64,000 nucleotides of DNA from Scyliorhinus canicula (lineage: Eukaryota): the NCBI RefSeq assembly GCF_902713615.1, contig NC_052166.1, positions 2,094,961 through 2,158,960 of the forward strand, read 5' to 3'. The notes below the pieces were generated by a model. That model saw only the letters and a program-made list of their open reading frames with translations, was not told the DNA's origin and ran no database searches. This document shows positions 57,129-64,000 of this stretch, piece after piece (within the stretch, counting starts at the first letter, position 1; every line of letters starts with the position of its first letter). Made by a program: the position numbers and the translations under genes.

Positions 57129-60100
57129 AGACGTGATCTAACGGCCTCGCTACGCCTGGCGTGGATTCAGATGAGCCGGTTAGATAATAATAATCTTGAT
57201 TATTGTCACAAGCAGGCTTACATTAACACGGCAATGAAGTTACTGTTAAAATCCCCTAGTTGCCACATTCCGGCGCCTGTTCGGGTACACAGAGGGAGAA
57301 TTCAGAATGTCCAATTCACCTAACAGCACGTCTTTCGGGACTTGTGGGAGGAAACTGGATGAAATGTACGCAGACACTGGGAGATCGTGCAGACTCCACA
57401 CAGGCAGTGACCAAAGCCAGGAATTGAACTTGCGACCCTAGCAGTGTGAAGCAACCGTGCTAACCACTGCCAAAATCGAGAACCGCACCGGTTGCAAATC
57501 AGTTTGCTCTTTATCTGGTCCGCTCCTGATGACGTGTTCCAGATCTCACCCAAAGATGGTGAGAAATGCATAAACTGCAATCTGCATTCATCTCAATCTG
57601 ATCAGCGAGATTAAAGTTGAATCTACCGGCCTCCTGGTGTGTAATTGGCTCCCTAGCGGGAAATCATGCCGGCACCATTCAGTGCTCCTTTTTGAAAATG
57701 TGAAGCTGGCGTCGTGGCTGCTGAGGTAAGCTGCCATAGTCGGTAGCCATTTTTATTTTCTGGACATGCAGCTCAAAGGCACCAGAGCTGCTGCCCCAGT
57801 GCTTGGGAGGCTGTTGGGCTGGTTGGGCCGGCTGAAGTCTTCCATGTCAGAGGTCGCCCCGAGGCCGTGGGAGGCGGGAGAGCGAGCAGAGGGCAACAAT
57901 GGAATGCAGATAGTGCCCCCCCCTCAGTGTTCTTCAGTAATCGTCATCTGACATGGTCTACTGCTATGTCTAGGTCCATCCCCAGATGGTGCCCGTTGGA
58001 CCTGGACAACTCCATGGGATGGAGAAGCAGCTGGAATGAGCTCCAGAGGCCTCTGTGTCATCCATTCCTGCTGGCCCTGTCGTCTCCCAATGTTGATGCC
58101 CTCAGCGATGCTCCTCAGCAACTGGGCCATGTACTGCAGTGTCCCACCAATGTCTACCTTTGCCTGGCACATGTCCCTCAGTGGCTGGCACATGCTCTGC
58201 ATTGCCTTGGCGATGACCACCTGAGACTGGGACAAACTCTGCAATGCCTCAGCAAGGTCCTGCTGCACTGAGGACACATCCTCCAGCAACATGCTGATGA
58301 CGCCCTCAGCCATGATGTAAAGGTCCTCAGCCATGATGTCGAGACCCTCATCCATGGTGTGGAGCATCTCCGCCATGGTGCGGAGGCCCTCAGCCATGGT
58401 GTGGCCCTCAGCCATGGTGTGGAGGCCCTCAGCCATGGTGTGGAGGCCCTCAGCCATGGTGTGGAGGCCCTCAGCCATAATGTCGAGACCCTCAGCCATG
58501 TATGGAGGCCCTCAGCCATGGTGTGGAGGCCCTCAGCCACGGTGTGGAGGCCCTCAGCCACGGTGTGGAGGCCCTCAGCCATGGTGTGGAGGCCCTCAGC
58601 CATGGAGTTGAGGCCCTCAGCCATGGTCAGGAGGCCCTCAGCCATGATGTCAAGGTCCTCAGCCATGATGTCGAGACCCTTATCCATGGTTCGGAGGCCC
58701 TCATCCATGGTGTGGAGGCCCTCAGCCATTGTGTGGAGGCCCTCATCCATGGTGTGGAGGCCCTCAGCCATGGTGTGGAAGCCCTCAGCCATGGCGTGGA
58801 GGCCCCCAGCCATGGTCTGGACGCCCTCAGCCATTGTCTGGAGGCCCTCAGCCATGGAGTTGAGGCCCTCAGCCATGGTGTGGAGGCCCTCAGCCATGGT
58901 GTGGAGGCCCTCAGCCATAATGTCGAGACCCTCAGCCATGGTGTGGAGGCCCTCAGCCACGGTGTGGAGGCCCTCAGCCATGGTGTGGAGGCCCTCAGCC
59001 ATGGTGTGGAGGCCCTCAGCCATGGAGTTGAGGCCCTCAGCCATGGTCAGGAGGCCCTCAGCCATGATGTCAAGGTCCTCAGCCATGATGTCGAGACCCT
59101 TATCCATGGTTCGGAGGCCCTCATCCATGGTGTGGAGGCCCTCAGCCATTGTGTGGAGGCCCTCAGCCATGGTCTGGAGGCCCTTATCCATGGTTCGGAG
59201 GCCCTCATCCATGGTGTGGAAGCCCTCAGCCATGGCGTGGAGGCCCTCAGCCATGGTCTGGAGGCCCTCAGCCATGGTGTGGAAGCCCTCAGCCATGGCG
59301 TGGAGGCCCCCAGCCATGGTCTGGACGCCCTCAGCCATGGTCTGGAGGCCCTCAGCCATGGAGTTGAGGCCCTCAGCCATGGTGTGGAGGCCCTCAGCCA
59401 TGGTTTGGAGGCCCTCAGCCATGGTGTGGAGGCCCTCAGCCATGGTGTGGAGGCCCTCAGCCATGGTTTGGAGGCCCTCAGCCATGGTTTGGAGGCCCTC
59501 AGCCATGGTGTGGAGGCCCTCAGCCATGGTTTGGAGGCCCTCAGCCATGGTGTGGAGGCCCTCAGCCATGGTTTGGAGGTCCCCAGCCATGGTCTGGACG
59601 CCCTCAGCCATGGTGTGGAGGCCCTCAGCCATGGAGTTGAGGCCCTCAGCCATGGTGTGGAGGCCCTCAGCCAGATCTTTGACTGCTGCCTCCCCTGGGT
59701 GTGCATTCCTCCATGTGATGTGCATTTGCAACTGTGTGGTACTCATCAGATTGTGCCCCAGAAGCCTGTCCACCGCTGCCACCCTCTGAGGTGTGCATCT
59801 CTGCGCTGTTGAAGGTTGGGGTTGACAGCTGTGATGAATCAATGGTGTCCTCCTCGGAGCTCTCCTCTAAGGTGTTAAGATATTCTCTTGGGTTGCAGGG
59901 TGGGTGGGGGGGGCATGGGCCACCGCGGATGGCCTGGCCCCATTAGGTGGGAAACGTGCTGGGGAATGAACACGTGGTCACTGGGAGGAAAGAGTCATTG
60001 TTCCTCGACATGTATTACTCACGTTAATCAGGTTATCTGGGTGGGAGATGATGGATCCTCAAATCTGTGGCGCAGGCTGATCTCGGCATCGGTGACCAAT

Positions 60101-61102
60101 CTGTCCAGCAACCACCTGGGCCTGTTCCTTATAGGGAGTGAGGATACATGTCCGGCTGAGTCCTCTTGTGTCGGTTTTAGGTCAACCTCTCTGCAGGGGA
60201 CAAGGAAGGGCATTATGAGCCAAAAGCCTAGCGCATTGGGGTATCTGTGTCAGGTATGGGCATTGCACCTGGGCATGGAAGGGTAATGCTGGGGGGGTTT
60301 GCGGTGCCGGCTAATGATGTAAGTGGGGGGAGAGGGTTAAGGAATTGGCAGATGGGACGGGTACCAGGGAGCCGGTGTTAACTGATCTGTGCGGCCTGAT
60401 GGAGGTCGTTGAGCTTCTTCCTGCATTGCAGGCCGTCCTCCTGCTGAAGCTGCTTGCCCTGATGGCCGCTGCCACTGCCTTCCAGGCGACATTGTTGCTG
60501 GGCCTCCGGCCTCCTCGAGGGAACAGGATGGCCCATCTTGCATCCAACAGCCTGTCCAGATCAGCGCCCCAAAGCGAGATGCTGGTCTAGTTGCTGCCGT
60601 TCTTCCTCTGTTTTGACTGGGAATGTGTGCTGAGGGAGCGTTTAAAAGCACCGATAAGCTGGGGCGCGATCTGGTGAATCAGTCGGCAAGAGAGCCTGGA
60701 CTGGGGTGAATAGGCAGCATGGTAGCACAGTGGTTAGCACTGCTGCTTCACAGCACCAGGGTCCCAGGTTCGATTCCCAGCTTGGGCCACTGTCTGTGCG
60801 GAGTCTGCACATTCTCCCCGTGTCTACGTGGGTTTCCTCCGGGAGCTCCGGTTTCCTCCCACAAGTCCCAAAAGACATGCTGTTAGGTGAATTGAACATT
60901 CTGAATTCTCCCTGTGTAGAACAGGCGCCGGAATGTGGCGACGAGGGGATTTTCACAGTAACTTCATTGCAGTGTTAATGTAAGCCTACTTGTGACAATA
61001 GGATTTTAAAAAAAATTAAAGCTAGTGGGGGCTCATTTTCATGGGAAAACCCGCCAATTGCACCCAGAATTACACTTAGAATTTTTTACGTTAGATTGCT
61101 CT
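57129..61102 (-). mobile_element. Decayed Harbinger/PIF-like element carrying the Myb/SANT gene, no transposase seen
   Basis: Imperfect inverted termini gtgatctaacg / cgttagattgc; Myb-like pieces DLDRLLDARWAILF...VAWKAVAAAI...RRTA/LQCRKKLNDL (60360-60600) and LTPYKEQAQVVAG (~60110-60150); SINEs inserted at 57180-57470 and 60712-61000. Confidence 0.7.
58300..59672 (-). repeat. 21-bp coding-type tandem repeat (ATGGCTGAGGGCCTCCACACC = MAEGLHT), ~65 copies, 420-bp higher-order duplication
   Basis: Direct reading; the blocks starting at 58621 and 59041 are identical. Confidence 0.95.
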
Positions 61103-61514
61103 GAAAGTCAGCACTTGGGAGTTATTCGGCTAAATTCTCCAGTCCCTTAGCCACGTGTTTCTTGGTGACGCATTGTTCGTTGATGGTGGGATTCTGTACT
61201 CTCACTGCTTGTCAATGGGATTGAAGCCATCCCATGTTGCCAGGAAATCCAGGGGCCAGGGTGCACTGCCAGCAGGAAAAGTGAATCGCAATGGCCGTAT
61301 AATTCAGGCCATTGTTTCATTGTATTTCTAAGAATTGTCTAATGGGCAATTGTATTTTCTTTACAATGTTAAAGTTAGTAATACAGTGTTAGTAATAACT
61401 TTTGTTTTAACGTACCATATCCTTATTTGTGCGTGGAATCACTCCTGGAGCTAGTTATCCTTTCCTCACAATTTTAAAAATTAAAATATTACAGTCTCTG
61501 TTCAGTATTCGAGC

Positions 61515-63795
61515 CACTGTGTCTGTGTTTGTGACTGTGTGCCATTTTGTGACTGTGATGTGTTTATGACTGTGTGTGTTTGTGACTGTGTTGTGTTTAT
61601 GACTGTGTGTGTTTGTGACTGTGTGTGTTTGTGACTGTGTTGTGTTTGTGACTGTGTGTGTGTGTTTGTGACTATGTGTGTTTGTGACTGTGTGCGTTTG
61701 TGACTGTGTGTGTGTGTTTGTGACTGTGAGTAGTTGTGACTGTGTATGTTTGACTGTGTTGTGTTTATGACTGCATTTGTGACTGTGTTGTGTTTGTGAC
61801 TGTGTGCGTTTGTGACTGTGTTGTGTTCATGACTGTGTGCGTTTGTGACTGTGTTGTGTTTGTGACTGTGTGTGTTTGTGACTGTGTTGTGTTTGTGACT
61901 GTGTGTGTTTGTGACTGTGTTGTGTTTGTGACTGTGTGTGTTTGTGACTGTGTGTTTGTGACTGTGTGTGTTTGACTGTGTTGTGTTCATGACTGTGTGT
62001 GTTTGTGACTGTGTTGTGTTTGTGACTGTGTGTGTTTGTGACTGTGTGTGTTTGTGACTGTGTTGTGTTTGTGACTGTGTGTGTGTTTGTGACTGTGTGC
62101 GTTTGTGACTGTGTGTGTGTGTTTGTGACTGTGAGTAGTTGTGACTGTGTATGTTTGACTGTGTTGTGTTTATGACTGCATTTGTGACTGTGTTGTGTTT
62201 GTGACTGTGTGCGTTTGTGACTGTGTTGTGTTCATGACTGTGTGCGTTTGTGACTGTGTTGTGTTTGTGACTGTGTGTGTGTTGTGACTGTGTTGTGTTT
62301 GTGACTGTGTTGTGTTTGTGACTGTGTTGTGTTTGTGACTGTGTGTGTTTGTGACTGTGTGTGTTTGTGACTGTGTGTGTTTGTGACTGTGTTGTTTGTG
62401 ACTGTGTGTTTGTGACTGTGTATGTTTGTGACTGTGTATGTTTGTGACTGTGTGTGTGTTTGTGACTGAGTAGTTGTGACTGTGTGTTTTTGACTGTGTT
62501 GTGTTTATGACTGTGTGTGTTTGTGACTGTGTTGTGTTTGTGACTGTGTTGTGTTTGTAACTGTGTGTGTTTGTGACTGTGTGTGTTTGTGACTGTGAGT
62601 AGTTGTGACTGTGTGTGTTTGACTGTGTTGTGTTTATGACTGTGTGTGTTTGTGACTGTGTTGTGTTTGTGACTGTGTTGTGTTCATGACTGTGTGTGTT
62701 TGTGACTGTGTTATGTTTGTGACTGTGTGTGTGCGTTTGTGACTGTGAGTAGTTGTGACTGTGTATCTTTGACTGTGTTGTGTTGATGACTGTGTGTGTG
62801 ACTGTTGCGTTTGTGACTGTGTGTGTTTGTGACTGTGTGCATTTGTGACTGTGTTGTGTTTGTGACTGTGTGTGTTTGTGACTGTGTTGTGTTTATGACT
62901 GTGTGTGTTTGTGACTGTGTTGTGTGTGTGTGACTGTGTTGTGTTTGTGACTGTGTGTGTTTGTGACTGTGTTGTGTTTGTGACTGTGTGTGTTTGTGAC
63001 TGTGTGTGTTTGTGACTGTGCTGTGTTTGTGTCTGTGTGTGTTTGTGACTGTGTTCTGTTTGTGACTGTGTTGTGTTTGTGACTATGTTGTGTTTGTGAC
63101 TGTGTGTTTGTGACTGTGTGTGACTGTGTTGTGTTTGCAACTGTGTGAGTTTGTGACTGTTGTGTTTGTGACTGTGTGTGTTTGTGACTGTGTTGTGTTT
63201 GTGACTGTGTGCATTTGTGACTGTGTTGTGTTTGTGACTGTGTGTGTTTGTGACTGTGTTGTGTTTGTGACTGTGTGTGTGTGTGACTGTGTTGTGTTTG
63301 TGACTGTGCGTTTGTGACTGTTGTGTTTGTGACTGTGTGCGTTTGTGACTGTGTTGTGTTTGTGACTGTGTGCGTTTGTGACTGTTGTGTTCATGACTGT
63401 GAGTAGTTGTGACTGTGTGTGTGACTGTTTTGTGTTTGTGACTGTGTGCGTTTGTGACTGTGTTGTGTTCATGACTGTGTCTGTTTGTGACTGTGTTGTG
63501 TTTGTGACTGTGTGTGTTTGTGACTGTGTGTGTGTGTTTGTGACTGAGTAGTTGTGACTGTGTGTGTTTGTGACTGTGTTATGTTTGTGACTGTGTATGT
63601 GTGTTTGTGACTGTGTGTGACTGTTGTGTTTGTGACTGTGTGCATTTGTGACTGTGTTGTGTTTGTGACTGTGTGTGTGTGTTTGTGACTGTGAGTAGTT
63701 GTGACTGTGTGTGTTTGTGACTGTGTTATGTTTGTGACTGTGTGTGTGTGTTTGTGACTGTGAGTAGTTGTGACTGTGTGTGTTTGACTGTGTTG
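61515..63795. repeat. TG-rich low-complexity satellite (TGTGACTGTGTGTGTT / TGTGACTGTGTTGTGTT)
   Basis: About 2.3 kb of 14-20 bp variant units. Confidence 0.97.
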
Positions 63796-64000
63796 GGGCC
63801 TCGTCCAGGATCAAAATAAAATTGGGGGCTTGTCCAGGATTTTAAAGTATAAATTCTTGCTTGGTTTGGGATGATTGATTTTAAAGATAGTGGATGTGTG
63901 TGGAACTGCTGCTTTCTTTCAGGTGATGAAGTTTAGAGACTGACTGGTACAATGGCTCTCAGTTGCAAAGAACTCCCTGGGTGTAAAAGAGGTCACTCGG

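Noticed and set aside
5935-59672. CRISPR-like interpretation of the regular arrays
   Set aside because: No unique spacers; units are contiguous, and the context is vertebrate.
58333-59812. Plus-strand ORFs of 436-476 aa (HGVEALS, MVWRPSA repeats)
   Set aside because: Alternate frames of the 21-bp repeat; only the minus MAEGLHT frame connects to flanking Harbinger-type sequence.
2614-60978. Recurring short ORFs such as [21 protein letters not shown] and SVRSLHVLPVSAWVSSG; tRNA genes
   Set aside because: All are frames of SINE copies; the A/B-box-like heads are SINE promoters, and no complete cloverleaf tRNA was seen.
61502-63814. Thr/His/Gln-rich mucin-like ORFs
   Set aside because: Translations of a TG-rich simple satellite.

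Overview
Eukaryotic, repeat-dense DNA from a cartilaginous fish. It looks like a shark (catshark-like, inferred from HE1/V-type SINEs and CR1 LINEs). The only host genes I can build are a head-to-head pair of intact MHC class II-architecture genes with ATGs about 2 kb apart. The beta-chain gene is on the minus strand (37774->29134, 7 coding exons plus one candidate extra tail exon, 302 or 323 aa). The alpha-chain gene is on the plus strand (39746->45147, 5 coding exons, 254 aa). All exons have GT-AG boundaries in consistent phase. The alpha2 domain is beta2-microglobulin-like (DWTF, no C-strand Trp), and the beta chain carries class I heavy-chain motifs (AFDG in beta1; P..N.TFQ with no class II Trp153 in beta2). 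This is the signature of the ancient MHC W-category (WA/WB). The beta chain has an unusually long, multi-exon Cys/Ser-rich cytoplasmic tail. Just downstream of WA is a very young LTR element (267-bp LTRs differing at 1 base, 5-bp TSD, tRNA-Leu-like PBS). It has no pol but keeps a 1116-codon Gag-plus-tandem-repeat ORF with an embedded NRF1/ETS/YY1/CRE motif cluster. The rest is CR1, L1, RTE and Penelope-like fragments, decayed and nested Ty3/gypsy elements and solo LTRs, Harbinger-type MITEs, and a decayed Harbinger Myb gene with an expanded MAEGLHT heptad array. Several tandem arrays appear to have grown out of transposon termini. Gene models are by-eye predictions and have not been checked against transcripts or databases.
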